NCBI GenBank assembly: GCA_951406725.2
Contig: OX597824.1
Span: 67,828,001 to 67,892,000, forward strand
DNA: 64,000 nt
Source: Octopus vulgaris
Lineage: Eukaryota
Direction: 5' to 3'
Positions within the stretch are counted from its first letter, which is position 1; every line of letters starts with the position of its first letter. The notes below the pieces were generated by a model. It saw only the letters and a list, made by a program, of their open reading frames with translations, was not told where the DNA came from and made no database searches. Shown here one piece after another: positions 38,708 to 52,507 of this stretch. The position numbers and the translations under genes were made by a program.

Positions 38708-41422
38708 GTACACACACACACACATACACAAAGATAAATTGTGTGGGCAAACAAATATATGCGATTCTGCGTAGTGTTTTTTTTTGTTTTGATAAGCCTG
38801 GTACTTATTCTATCAGTTTCTTCTTGTGAAACCAGTAAGTTATGGGGATGCAAATAAACGAAAACCAGTTGTGAGGCAGTGATGAGGGAGAAACACAAAA
38901 ACACACACACAGACTTACATATATACATACATATATATACGATTGATTTCTTTCAGTTTCTGTCTACAAAATCCACTGACAAGGCTTTAGTTAGTGTGAG
39001 GCTCTAGCAGAAGACCCTTGCAAAGTAACCATATAGTGGGACTGAACCCAGGACCATGTGTTTTGTTACCACACAGCCAAACCTGCAACTACGTATGTGT
39101 GTGTGTGTGTATGGGTGTACATATCTATGCATGTATATATGTGAATATATATGTGTACATATTACATGTACATCTCTATATTTATATATATCTACACATA
39201 TACATGTATACATATACATCTATATGTATAAAAATAAATGTATACATAAACAGCTATACACACATACACACACACACATACGCACACATACATAGCTACA
39301 GGTGTGTCTATGTGGTAACAAACTTCGTTCCAAAACACATGCTCCTGGGTTTAAATTTAAATTTAAAACAATAAGGGTGAGAAATTGATTATTAATTTGA
39401 TTAATATGAGTTGAAAACCAGAGGTGTAGCATATAAGACCATAGCGGATCTTCTAGCAGAATGGATGTCCACTGTTAATGGTTCATCCCTCCAATATAAT
39501 AGTTTCAGTATTAAAGTGATAGTACCTGATATTACAATAGAGATATGCTTTTTTCACTTTTAACACGTAATACTGAAATAGTGGAGAAGATATGATATTG
39601 CTGTGGGCTCGCCCTAGGCAAGAAGTTAGAAGTTTCTTGCCCATGACACTATATGGACCCTAAGTAAGGCATGTGTAATATTTGAATGAAATTGGTTGTG
39701 TAGTTCTCAAATTTTAGGGATTCACATAGACACACATACAGACAGACACACAGACAGACAGACACACATTCTCAGTTTTATATATATATATATATATATA
39801 TGTACATACACATATATATTTATATACATATTTGTGTATGTGTGTGTGTGTGTTTGTATGTGTTTGCGTTTCTGTATGCGTTTGTCGCATAGTAAGTACT
39901 AAGGTTGATTCGTTCGATTAAAACTCTCCAGGACAGTGCCATAGCTAGGCTGCAGTCTAATGACTAAAACAAGTAATCGATAATGGGTAAAAGGTTGGAC
40001 AAATAAAGAAGGCACTGGGTGGTTTTAAGAGAGAGAAAGAATGATAGAGAGAACTCTTCGTGTTTAGATGGACTACACTCCTTTGACTTTTACGGTTAAA
40101 AGTATTTTCCTTCTACTCATTGTCGGTATGCTTTTCTTTAAACCAATATCTACTTGAACATTTTAAGTGAAGCCAACTGCAAATTAATGTACTTCACTGA
40201 AGAGATCTAACTAGGTCGAAACTTGATTTAAGGCAGGCTTAGTGGTTAGAACGTTCTTGAGAAAAACACTTAATTTCGCGTTGCTCTAGTTCACTCAGCT
40301 GTAGAAATGAGTTATAATGTCATTAGTGCCAAGCTGTATCGGCCTTTGCCTTTCCCTTGGGTAAAATGGGTGTCGTGGAGGGGAGAGGGAAATATGAATG
40401 GGTGACTGATGGTCTTCCACAAACAACCTTGCCTGGACTTGAGCCCCCATAGGTAACTTTCTAGGTGCAATCCCATGGTTATTCGTGACCGAAGGCGGAG
40501 GCTAAATGCTCTTCAAACAACATTGTCTTCATTTCCAAAGGAACTGGATCAGCGAGTATGATAGGAACAGCTTGTCTTTGCCGACTGTTTTAGACTTGAA
40601 TACACCCTTAGGGGATAATCTCAGCTGATTGAAGTATTTCCGATTACTATATTACATACATATACACAGATGCACACATACTTTATATGTACATGCAAAT
40701 AAGTATGTATATATATATATATATATATGTGTGAGTGCGCATTTGCATTTATAACTACGGGAACTCCGTCGGTTACGACGACGAGGGTTCCGATTAATGG
40801 AGTAGCCTGCCTATGTAATTAGCGTGCAGGTGACGAAGCATGCCACAGACACGTGTACCTTAACGTGGTTTTCGGGAAGACTGAGCTGGCCCTTTGACAT
40901 ATAAGAACTACTCTTTTTTACCAGTCGAGTAAACTGAAAGAGAAGGTTTACGTCAACAAACCGGAGATCCTGGTGCAACTGAAAGAGAATGTCAACAAAG
41001 AAATCAGAGAAGTGGGGCCTGAAACTCTTGAGGGTGTTATGGTGCAAGTTTTGGAAAGAGTACGAGCCTGCGAAGCCGAAAATGGTTGCCGTTTAAGCGA
41101 TGTCAATTTTCATATGTGATCTAGTGGTATTGCAACATTGGGACTTGTGAATATCAAATTCCATTGTCGTTTATATTGTATAAAAATTTCATGCATTTAT
41201 TTGTAAAGTTAAGAAAGTTATTAAGAAATTGAAACCTATCAGTGCCTTTTGAGATATGCTGTATACACATAAGCAAATATACATATTTGAAAACACAAAT
41301 GCACATACACGTATATATGTATGTTTGCATGTATAGTGATGTATTAGCTATTTTAAAACATTTTGAAGTAACATTGAATATTTATCTCTTGTTGAAATTA
41401 TTCAAACAAATAATGAGATATA
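38360..41422 (+). repeat. Segmental duplicate of gene C intron 1 (paralogous remnant)
   Basis: Blocks 38360-39090, 39540-39780 and 40945-41422 match 50220-50600, 50960-51145 and 52030-52507 in the same order. Confidence 0.8.
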
Positions 41423-42405
41423 CAGGTGTTGGACAAAATAATGGAAACACCTAACATCGTAGCATCATAATTTTGTAGTATCGATAAAACTGTCAAAATC
41501 TTGTATATTTTTATGCTTTTTGATTTATTATAAATTTTGCGTAATATGTTTTGCGAAAATTGCTGTATCCTTTTAGATATCATCAGAAAAAGTTAATTAA
41601 AATTCATTAAAATGACAGATCAATCGGACTTTCAAATAGGTCAAATTGTTGATGCTCGTATGGCAGGCGCTAGAGTAACGAAAACATCTGAAATATTTGG
41701 TGTATCAAGAAGTACTGTCTCGAAAGTAATGGCAGTCTTTGAGAAAGAGGAAAAAAGCTCCTCGTCGAAACAAAACTCTGGAAGAAAACTTTTAGATAGG
41801 AACCATCGGACACTTACGCGAAATTTTTAAAAATTACAGCTCCCAAAATTACTACAGAGCTTAATGATCACCTCGAGAACTCAGATTCCACAAAAACTGT
41901 TCGCCGGGAGCTGCACAAAGCCGTATTTCATGGGATGGCTGCAATCAGAGAACCACCACTTTCAATAACAATCGATGCAAAGCGTTTAGAGTGGTCCCTA
42001 GAGCAGTAGAAGAATGTTATTTTCTTGGACGAGTCATCCTTTACCTTATTTCCGAACAGCGGCTGAGTATACGTGTGGAAACAGCCAAAAGAAACATTTG
42101 ACCCAGACTGCCTTCTTCCAACTTTTAAACATGGAAGAGGATGTGTGAAGATCTTGAGGGGGGCTATATCTTGAAAATCCGCCGGTCAATGGTTTACCTT
42201 CATGGCAGAATTAATAGTCTATTTAAGCAATTTACCTCATCAAGTTCATCCTACTGTAGCGGAACTCTCTCCAGCGGAAAACGCAATCTTTCAGGAAGAT
42301 AATGCACCAATTTACACGTCTAGAGTTGTTACTGAATGGCACAAAAAACATTCTAGTGAAGTTGAACATCTTATCTGGCCACCATAGTCCACAAATCTCA
42401 ATATT
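41423..42405 (+). mobile_element. Tc1-family transposon, 3'-truncated, degenerate
   Basis: TA + TIR caggtgttggacaaaataatggaaacacc; MTDQSDFQIGQIVDARMAGA...GVSRSTVSKV; DES; FQEDNAPIY; WPP. Confidence 0.85.
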
Positions 42406-43095
42406 CGACTAGGGTTCGGGATACCTTCAGTTTAGATGATTTCAATGGGATCTTTACGAAGTGGAAGGAGTGCTACAAGTGCATGATGTCAGAGGACTTT
42501 ACTTTGAAGGAAATTAGAGTTTTGCATTTCTTTGAAATTTATGCTACGACTGCACATTGGAAATCCCTATCAAAGTCATTTTATCTAATTAATACTGATA
42601 TTCACACACACGAACAGGAGATTACTTATACTGATATTGGTTGCTTTTATTCATAGAGAAACATAAAGTTACATGATGTTTACATATTTGTGTGTACTTC
42701 CTCCCGGGAACTAGACACAAATACATACATACATATATACAGATAGACAGACAGACACATATACATACATGTAGGTGTGTGAATGTGTATATGTATGCAT
42801 TTGCGTATATTCAGCTTGAAGGAGAGAAATTTGCATAGGCCCTCTGCTAATATTAATTTTTATGTGCAGGCATTAGTGGAACATCATACGATACAGATTA
42901 TTTGTTTACGTATGCATGTATAATTATACATTTATCATTGAGGGCAAACAGAGAGACAAAGATAGAGAGGTTCGAACAGTAAGAGAGGGAGAGTGACAGA
43001 TAGAGAGTAAGAGAGCATGAGAGAGAGTTGCAGATAATTAGATAAAGTGGAGTATAGAAAAACCTTCGAATGTATTGACAGAAGACAAAAACAAT

Positions 43096-43234
43096 ATGAA
43101 GTCTTCCCAAGTTGATGTTGATGGAATCCTACGTGCTTTGGGACAAAACAAATTCTTCCACATCACTCAGTTTATTCTGATTTGTGCCTCTACAATTGTA
43201 GTAACGAGTAACAGTTTTTTCTACATATTTTTCG
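43096..43234 (+). CDS. SLC22-like gene C exon 1
   Basis: ATG...TTCG|GTatgt. Translates MKSSQVDVDGILRALGQNKFFHITQFILICASTIVVTSNSFFYIFF (D.IL..LG...FF TM1 pattern). Confidence 0.88.
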
Positions 43235-43374
43235 GTATGTATAAAATCTGCATATAACAATGAATATAGATGTGTGCATTTGTGTGTGTGTGTATACACA
43301 CATACACACATATATAGAAGTATATATAAGCATATATGTCCCTCTCTCTCCCTCTCTCGATTTGTATAGACAGG

Positions 43375-43424
<50 letters not shown>

Positions 43425-44624
43425 GTCTTTAACTTTACAAATAAATGCATGAAATGTTTATACAATGCAAGCAAAGATTACCGGCGTTGCCCGGTTACAT
43501 TTAATTGAAGAATTAGACTTTTCTGTTATATTTTCTGTAATGAACTGGAATATCTATGCTTCGAATTTCATCAAAATTGCAGATGAGAGTTATTTCCCTC
43601 TTTACACACCCTAAAAAATTGTAATCGTGCCACATATATCCCATACTACTGATTTTATGCGCATATTCCAAAATTCCAGTCTTATTGAACCTGTTGAAAA
43701 GATTTTGCTCCTGAAAAATGAAAGTCATGGAGCTCCAAAATGTGAGAGTTAAGGCTCCTGTTGGGGGTAGGCATCCTAATGTCAACCAGAGAAGTTGAAT
43801 TGTTGAGAATCTGTTGAACTTGGGTCTTATATCTATTGCTTGAATTTCTTTGAAATAGGAAATATATGTTCACTGGGTTTGTAAAAGAGAGCTAAGCTAC
43901 AGGAAACCAAACGACGAATGATCACAATAAGCAGTCAGCTACCCTACCCAGTTACTCATCTTGGAAGGCCTTGAAATCAATGTTACCATCTGGGGACTAT
44001 GTGTGACCTAGTGATAATAAAAAGACTGAAAGGAGGTCTGCAATCAAATAACTTTACTCAACACTTTGCAACTGAATCAGTGGAGGCAAAGATGCCTCCC
44101 ATTTACTTGACAATTTATGCACCACATTGAAGAAATCACAATGTAAGTGTATGTCAAAGCACACTCTTACACTATTGTACCATTGAAATACAAATAATGC
44201 TCATCTTTTATATTCGGGTAACCCTACAGATTCCAAGAGCACAACTGTATTCGTTTTTGCTTAGATAAGATGACAAAATTGAGGGTGTTAAGTCCCCATG
44301 AAAGGGTCTTCTAACTTGTAAGAAGATGAAATTTTATAAATATTACTTCATTTTTGCCTAATATCTACGTTTAAAATTTCCTCAACAGCAAAAATATATG
44401 AATTGCCATGGGGGGGGGGGGGTTATGGCCCTTATGCATAGAATATAATTTCCAAACTTCATAAAGATTCATTCAGTACTTTTGACCTAGTTTGGGATCA
44501 TAAAAGAAATGACTAAAATTTGGGAGTTAAGGCTCCCATTAGGGTGTTATATATAAATGCACTAAGCCACTATGTGTCAAATGGATGTACTATTAAATTA
44601 GTATAAAAATGTCTCACCCTTATT

Positions 44625-44692
<68 letters not shown>

Positions 44693-44721
44693 AAAAAGAA
44701 GTTTGTAAACGCCACTATATT

Positions 44722-44786
44722 AGATAAATTTTAATTTTACATGTTTCGGTCCTTGAAAAAACGAACCTTATCAAAAAAATTTATTA
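44722..44786 (-). ncRNA. Type I hammerhead in pLTR, U3:A8 variant (second copy ~49310-49372)
   Basis: Minus strand TTGATAA (44768-44774), stem II GGTTC/GGACC, GAAA, palindromic CATG, TA; AT-rich stem I. Confidence 0.65.
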
Positions 44787-45711
44787 TAAAAAGTATAATG
44801 GAACAGTTCATAATCGTTACATACATTCAATAGAATCCATGTTCTTGAAAAGACGAACCTTATCAAATATATTATAAAGAGTATAATAGAAAAATCCATA
44901 GTCGTTCCTTACTGTTTTGTCGAGTGTAGTGGAGAAGTTCATTATAGATTTCTTGCTGGTATCAAAAGGAACCGCTTTTATGTTACCTTGTGTTCCAATG
45001 GAAGCAACAGTAGTGATTCTTGGTCGTCGTCTGTTGGTCGTAATTTTGGTAACCTTGGTGGTGGTTGGGGTTATATCAGCTAAGCTGTGGCTGTGACAGC
45101 AGCAGTAGCCGTAGTAAAGGGCTGTTGATCGTAGTAGCAACAGTGGTCGGTTCTCTGGCACTGTTCAGTGACGTCACATAATTCCAAACCAATCAAAACC
45201 AAACTTCAACGAATATAAGGAAAAGACCCATAACTGTATCCTGTAAGGAAACCAACGAAGCAAGCAGGACGACAAGCTTGACCACGGAAGAAAAACGTCA
45301 TCAATTTTTTAACGAATCAAAATCAGATCTGACCCATAACTGTATCTTGTAAGGAAACCAACCAAGCAGAACAAGCTTGACCACGGAGGCAAAACGTCAT
45401 CAATTTTTTAACGAATCAAAATCAGATCTGCTCGCAGAGAAAAAATCTTTTTATAAATTCATCTTTCCCTAAGACCAGCAGGAGTGACTGCAGGAGTGAC
45501 TGTTTAAGGATCTGAGAAATTGTAATTCCCCCACCTCCACTATTTTAATTCTCTCACTGTGGCCGTAGCAGCAGTAGTAGCAGTAGGGGGCTGTTGATCG
45601 TAGCAGCAATAGTAGTGATCACGGTGGTTGTAGTAGTAGTGCTAGTGGGAGCAGTCGTAGTGGTTGTGGTAGAATTTCATTTTTCTTTTTCGGAAGACCA
45701 ATGTTTTGTTT

Positions 45712-48006
45712 TAATATTCCTGGCCCAGGGTGTTTAAACTTGGTCTAAATTTTTTGATGAAATAAAGTTCTTAATTTTGGCATTGAGTGAAGGTTACGCT
45801 GTCACTGAATTTGTAAAGTGGGTAAGTTGTAAATTTCGGATTTTCATTTGCAGTACATCTATCTATGTGTCCGCTGACCGGTATTTTCCGGTATTCAGGG
45901 TTTCTAATTTGTGATTTATGCACCGCCATCCTTTTACGTAAGCTATTTTTTGTATGGCCTATATACTGCCTATTGCAGCCTGCGCATGTTAAGACGTAAA
46001 TTAAGTTTTCTGATGCACAGGTGAAGTTTGTTCTAATGGTGAACTGATGGCCTTGTTCTAGTATAAATTCTGAACCTTCTACCAAGATGACACAGATTCC
46101 GCAGTTGGGCCTTCCACATTTTCTAACTGCTGGTTTTGTGGTTGATGTTGAGTGCAGTTTAGCTTGGGTTAAAATCCTTTTCAAGGATTTTGGTTGCCAT
46201 TTACTTTTAATGATGGTGTGTGTTTCGAGGATCCGGTTCATCTGTGGGTCTCTCTTTAGTAGGGCTGTGCTTTGTAGTATGGTGCTGAAGGCCTCATTGT
46301 TAAGTGGGTTGTGTGTAGAGATGTAGGGAAGGGTTTTTAATTGTTCTTTCTTTTTTGGTTTTGTTTGTCTCAGGTCTTCTATACTTAATTTAAGTGCCCG
46401 TTGGATTGCACTGTCTATTAGGGGATGTGGATAGTTTCTATTTATGAGTGTGGTTCCAAGTTCCTGGAGACGTGTGTCGTGTGTTTGTGTCTGATATTAT
46501 GGTGCAAATCCTTCTAGCTAAACAAAAAGGGACATTTATTCTAGTGTGTTGTGAGTGGCATGAATCAAAGCGTAGGTACTGTTTGGAGTCTGTCGGTTTA
46601 TAATAGATATCTGTCTCTATTTTGTTGCCGGTTTTCTTAATGAGGATGTCTAAAAATGGTAATTCTTCTTCGTTATGATCCATCGTGAATTGTATATTAT
46701 CATTTATTCCATTTAATAGTATTTTAAATTCCTCAAGTTTCTCTATACTTTTATCCCAGAGGATAAAACAGTTGTCGAGGTATCTTTTCCAGTTGTTCTG
46801 GATATAGGTGGAGAAGGTGTTTCCATATTTCTCGAGTGTTATCTGGTAGGGTATTTTCTCGAGGTATCCCATCACTAGGTTGGCAAAAGAAGGCGCAGTA
46901 CGCGTGCCCATCGCTGTTCCCCGTCTTTGTCTGTAGAAATTATTGTCAAAAATAAAGTAATTGTTTTCTAAAATAAATCTAAGTCCTTCTATTATAAGAT
47001 CTTTGTTTATGCGAGTTGGGAGTTCAAAGGAGTAGTTATTCAGCCAGAAGGTGATCGCTTCTATTCCTAGGGTGTGAGGGATGTTAGAATAAAGGTTAAC
47101 TACGTCGAAGGATACTAGAAGGGTTTTCTCATTGACTGTTTTAGGGAGGTGGTTGAGCATGTCTATATCGTCTCTTACGTAGCTTTTGATGTGTTTTAGG
47201 AAAGGTTTAAGAAGTGTGTCTAAGAAATTGCTGAGGCGGTGAGTTTCACATGCTGGCCCTGCTATTATCGGTCTAAGTTTAAGATCATTTGGTGAAGGGA
47301 TTTTGATGAGTATATCGGTAGATGTTTTGCATGTTTCACTAATTATTTGGCTTTTGTGTACTTTAGGGATACCGTAGAACAAACTCGATTTGCACTTGAA
47401 GTTAGTGATGTATTCATACTCCTTGTCCGTGAGTCCTTCTCGGTATGTGTTGATTAATGTCCTGAGGTTATACATTATTTTTTGCTGATTATACTGTTGG
47501 GCCCTTTCATAATACGTTTCATCTCCTAATAGGGATAGCACTAAATTTTTATAATCGTTTGTATTCATTAATACTACCGCGTTGCCCTTATCTGCCTCCT
47601 TAATTGTTATTGTTTTATCTTCTCTTAGTTTGATGTGGTCGTTCCATTCTCTTTTGTTAAAGTTTGGGCTGTGTTTTTGTTTCTTGGTGAATTGAAAAGG
47701 GAAATTAGTTATGTAGTCACAATAGCGGTCTAAGGCTTTATTCTTTCCCTTGGTAGGGGTGTAATTGCTGTTGTTTCTAGCTATTGATTCATCATCTATT
47801 TGTTTGCCATGAAATTCTTCGGTAAGTCTTAGTTTCCTACAAAATTCCGAAATATCATCTTTCATTTCATAGTAATTAAAACGTTGTGGGTTTGGTGTAA
47901 ATTTAAGTCCTTTGGAGAGTATGCTTATTTCGTTAGGTGTAAGTTCTTTGTTTGAGAGATTGATTATTTTAATTACCTGAGGTTTCTTTTGTTTGTCTTT
48001 TGCCAT
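45712..48006 (-). pseudogene. PLE RT + GIY-YIG endonuclease ORF (ORF2), disrupted
   Basis: ORF 46438-48006 joins 45771-46241 via a frameshift near 46475 (continues RLQELGTTLINRNYP...). Premature TAA at 45771 precedes ELYFIKKFRPSLN. YxDD reads YLDN. Confidence 0.88.
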
Positions 48007-49207
48007 CGTGTGTCCCTGTTCCTGTGCGATAGGTCTAAAAAATGGTTGGTGTAGTTATGTTTAAAAATACTGTTTATCTGTCTCCTGTTGTTATAATTGT
48101 CAGAGTGAGTTTGTGGTGCTCTGTTTTGAAGTGTGCTTTTGTACCTAGTGTTCCGTCTTAGTTTATCAGGTATATTGTGTTGGTAGTTGTTTCTTCCATA
48201 GTGCATTTGTTGTTTGTTAGGTTTGTATGGTTGGTTCCTAGGGTGGATGTTTGGTGGTGGAGTTTTAGTTTGGTTATGTGGATTGTATTTCATAGAATTG
48301 TATGTTGTGGGCCCCTGTAAGTGTTTTGGGGTTGGTGTAGGTAGTGTGGGGTGTGTTTTAAATGTAGTTTTCTGGTGTAGAGTGTGTTTGGATTTCTTGG
48401 TGGTTGTTCCGTTATGTTGGTATTTGGTTTTGTTTTACTTAATTTTATGAAGGGGTTGTTGGATATGTGTTCATTTTTGAAGTTGGTTTCATAATCCAAG
48501 AACCAGATGGCGCTCTTTTCCCATCGTTGGAGGGACTTAAGTTCCTCTTTTTCACATTCTTCTTTCCATAGTGCTAGTAATGTTTCAGTATTGATGTCGT
48601 CTATTAGTTTGATGACTCCTTCGTTGATTTCCTCATCTATGGTTTTTACTTTTTCTTCATTCGTCTTAGCTCTCAGCTTAAGTAGTTCTATTTTCATCTT
48701 CATTTTCTCTAATGACATTTTTTCTCTAAGTCTTCTTTGTTCTTCTGGTTCTTCCAAGATGGGTTTTATTTGTAATTTGCGGGGTATGATTAGGGGTGTT
48801 GAGTCAAGCCACTTTTGGTAAATCTCTGCTTTATTCTGATTTTGTATCATTTTCCAAAAAGCGAATTTTCTGTTTCGCTGTAGTATTCTCCATTGGGGAA
48901 GGACTTGGTTCTTTATTTGTAATATTGAAGTTATTCGGTTCTTCCCATGTGGTCCTTCTTTTTGTTGCTCTTGTTTCGTAAAGTTTGTGAAGAATGTGTT
49001 CATTATATCGCATAGATTTTCAAGGTTCTCGTATGTTTCAGAGGGTGTTTTATTCGTTTCGGTTTCATCGTTAGTTTGTGTAGAAGGTCGAGATGTTGAG
49101 TTGAGTTTGTTTAAAACTGCTGTTAGGTTTGAATTTATGCTTTTCAATTCTTTCAGTATCTCTTCATTTATTGAGGAGATGTCGTTGGTGTCTGTTTTAG
49201 TAGGCAT
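47973..49207 (-). CDS. PLE upstream ORF1, coiled-coil-rich, probably one ORF broken near 48290
   Basis: 305-aa ORF with heptad-like segments (EEILKELKSINSNLTAVLNKL; EQRRLREKMSLEKMKMKIELLKLRAKTNEEKVKTIDEEI), followed by a 106-aa N/P/Q/R-rich ORF overlapping the ORF2 start. Confidence 0.6.
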
Positions 49208-49871
49208 TTTCAGGAGCTCGTACGTAATATGATATTTATAATAAGAGTAGATCGTATACGAGTGGGTATATATTTGTAAAAAAGAAGTTTGAAAACGCCC
49301 CTATATTAGATAAATTTTAATTTTACATGTTTCGGTTCTTGAAAAAACGAAACTTATCAAAAAAATTTATTATAAAAAGTATAATGGAACAGTTCATAAT
49401 CGTTTCATACAATCAATAGAATCCATGTTACATACATTCAATAGAATCCATGTTCCTGAAAAGACGAACCTTATCAAATATATTATAAAGAGTATAATAG
49501 AAAAATCCATAGTCGTTCCTTACTGTTTTGTCGAGTGTAGTGGAGAAGTTCATTATAGATTTCTTGCTGGTATCAAAAGGAACCGCTTTTATGTTACCTT
49601 GTGTTCCAATGGAAGCAACAGTAGTGATTCTTGGTCGTCGTCTGTTGGTCGTAATTTTGGTAACCTTGGTGGTGGTTGGGGTTATATCAGCTAAGCTGTG
49701 GCTGTGACAGCAGCAGTAGCCGTAGTAAAGGGCTGCTGCTCGTAGTAGCAACAGTGGTCGGTTCTCTGGCACTGTTCACTCACGTCACATAATTCCAAAC
49801 CAATCAAAACCAAACTTCAACGAATATAAGGAAAAGACCCATAACTGTATCCTGTAAGGAAACCAACCAAG

Positions 49872-49976
<105 letters not shown>

Positions 49977-50007
49977 TAATTAGATAGATAGATAGTTAGA
50001 TAGATAC

Positions 50008-50040
<33 letters not shown>

Positions 50041-50067
50041 CAGACAGATAAATAGATAGATACATAG

Positions 50068-50208
<141 letters not shown>

Positions 50209-50814
50209 TACACACAACATACAAAGATAAATTGAGAGATACAACTGAGTGGGCAAACAAAAATATGGGACACTGCGTAGTGCTTTTTTATGTTGATAAG
50301 CCTGTTACTTGTTCTATTAGTTTGTTCTTGTGAAACCAGTAGGTTATGGGGGTGTAGTAAATAAACCAACACCAGTTGTGAAGCAGTGATGAGGGAGAAA
50401 CACAAAGATACACACAGACTTACATATATACATGCATATACGTACAATTGATTTCTTTCAGTTTCTGTCTACAAAATCCACTGACAAGGCTTCGTTTGGT
50501 TTCAGGCTATAGCTTAAGACACATGCCAAGTTATCACACAGTGGGACTGAACTGAGGACCATGTGATTGGAACTAAGTTTGTTACCACACAGCCACAACT
50601 GCACCTATGTATGTGTGTGTGCGGGGGGAGGTGTATGTGTGTATGGGTGTATATATGTATGCATATATAGATATATATATATATGTACATATTACATGTA
50701 CATCTATATATATATACATCTAGACATATATGTATACACATACATGTATATCTATAGAAATACATCTATACATATACAACTATACATATACAGCTATATA
50801 TATGTACATGTATG

Positions 50815-50858
<44 letters not shown>

Positions 50859-50872
50859 CATATATATACATG

Positions 50873-50938
<66 letters not shown>

Positions 50939-51149
50939 TCCATATACATACAATAGAGAGATGTTTTTGTTTCACTTTTAACACGTAAGAATGAAATAGT
51001 GGAGAAGATATCATATTGCTGTGGGCTCGCCTAGGCAAGAAGTTAAATAAGTAAGGCATGTGTAAAATATGAATGAAATTGGTTGTGTAGTTCTCAAGGT
51101 TTAGGGATTCACACAGACAATAGACACACACATTCTCAGTTTTATATAT

Positions 51150-51535
51150 TTATATATAAAAGTAAGGTTGTGTGTCTGTCTACTCCGATTTAGATTCCTA
51201 ACTACTCCCACATTTTGCGGTGCAGTTTAACCAAAACCGGGTATCTTATAGTCGTGATTCATATCAAGCCCTTCTGGGTATTAGCGCGCGTCTACGATGA
51301 GTCTACGATTTTAAAAATAATTTACCATCCTTTTTTCCATTTTAATACATATTTTTTTAAAGGGAAGTAACTCTCTAAAAATGTCTACGATGAGTCAACG
51401 ATTTAAAAAAAAATTTACCATCATATTTTTTCCATTTTTAATGCATTTTTTTGCTATTTTTTGGCTATAACTCTCTAAAAATGCTTTATAGTTATTTCCC
51501 TTACAAACCCGAGCAACGCCGGGCGATACTGCTAG
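51150..51535 (+). mobile_element. Non-autonomous Helitron
   Basis: 3' hairpin cccgagcaacgccggg followed by CTAG (51532-51535) then T; same terminus as 23150-23177. Confidence 0.75.
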
Positions 51536-51544
51536 TATATAGAT

Positions 51545-52260
51545 AAAGGACAATAGAATTTAATATGTAGAAGTCCCAATGTTGCAATACCACTACATCC
51601 CATATACAAAATGACATCGATGGAATGGCAGCAATTTTAGGCTTCGCACTCCCGTGTTCTTTCCAAAACTTGCACCATAACACGCTTAAAAGTTTCAAAC
51701 CCCACTTCTCTGATTTCTCTGTTGATGTTCTCCGTCAGTTGCACCAGGCTCTCCGGTTTGTTGATGTAAACTCTCTCTTTAAGGTATCCCCACAAGAAAA
51801 ATTCGGGTTTGTCAAGTCTGGGGAACGTTAAGGCCAGTTGACATTGCCATAGCGTGAAATTATTCTCTCTCCAAAGCACTGCCGTAGCAACTGCATTGCT
51901 TCTCTTGCGGTATGAACAGTTATTCCACCTTGCTGGAACCATGTGTGAGGTCTACATTGAATGTCCCTCACGTTACCCAAACTTGACAAACCCAGGGTTT
52001 TTCATGGGGAGATACCTGAAAGAGGGGGTTTACGTCAAGAAACCGGAGACCCTGGGGCAACTGAAGGAGAACATCAACAGAGAAATAAGAGAAATGGGGC
52101 CTAAAACTCTTGAGGGTGTTATGGAGCAAGTTTTGGAAAGAGTACGGGCCTGCGAAGCCGAAAATGGTTGCCATTTAAGCGATGTCAATTTTCATATATG
52201 ATGTAGTGGTATGGCAAAATTTCACTTGTACGTATTAATTTCCATTGTCCTTTATATTGT
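51545..52260. mobile_element. Inverted duplication of a Tc1/mariner transposase 3' end
   Basis: Minus ORF 51637-51942 (PRLDKPEFFLWGYLKERVYINKPESLVQL...) and plus ORF 51854-52201 (PNLTNPGFFMGRYLKEGVYVKKPETLGQLKENI...) are mirror homologues of the SPDLNPxDFFLWG region. Confidence 0.75.
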
Positions 52261-52507
52261 GTAAAAATTTCATGCATTTATTTGTAAAGTTCAGAAAGTT
52301 ATTAAAAAGTTGAAACCTATCAGTGACCCTGGAGATATGCTGTATGCACATAAGCAAATATACATATTTGAAAATACTAATGCACATACACGTATATATG
52401 TATGTATGTTCGCATGTATAATGATGCATTAGCTATTTCTAAACATTTTGAAGTAACATTGAATCTTTATCTCTTGTTGAAATTATGCAAACAAATAATG
52501 AGATACA

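Noticed and set aside
48290-48292. In-frame UGA as selenocysteine in the PLE
   Set aside because: The UGA is not at a conserved Cys position, the downstream ORF is in another frame, and other lesions are TAA or frameshifts.
44817-49772. Duplicated 114-aa ORF (MPENRPLLLL...) at 44817-45161 and 49428-49772
   Set aside because: It lies inside the two pLTRs, starts at a non-ATG codon and shows no recognisable domain; the duplication is explained by the pLTRs.
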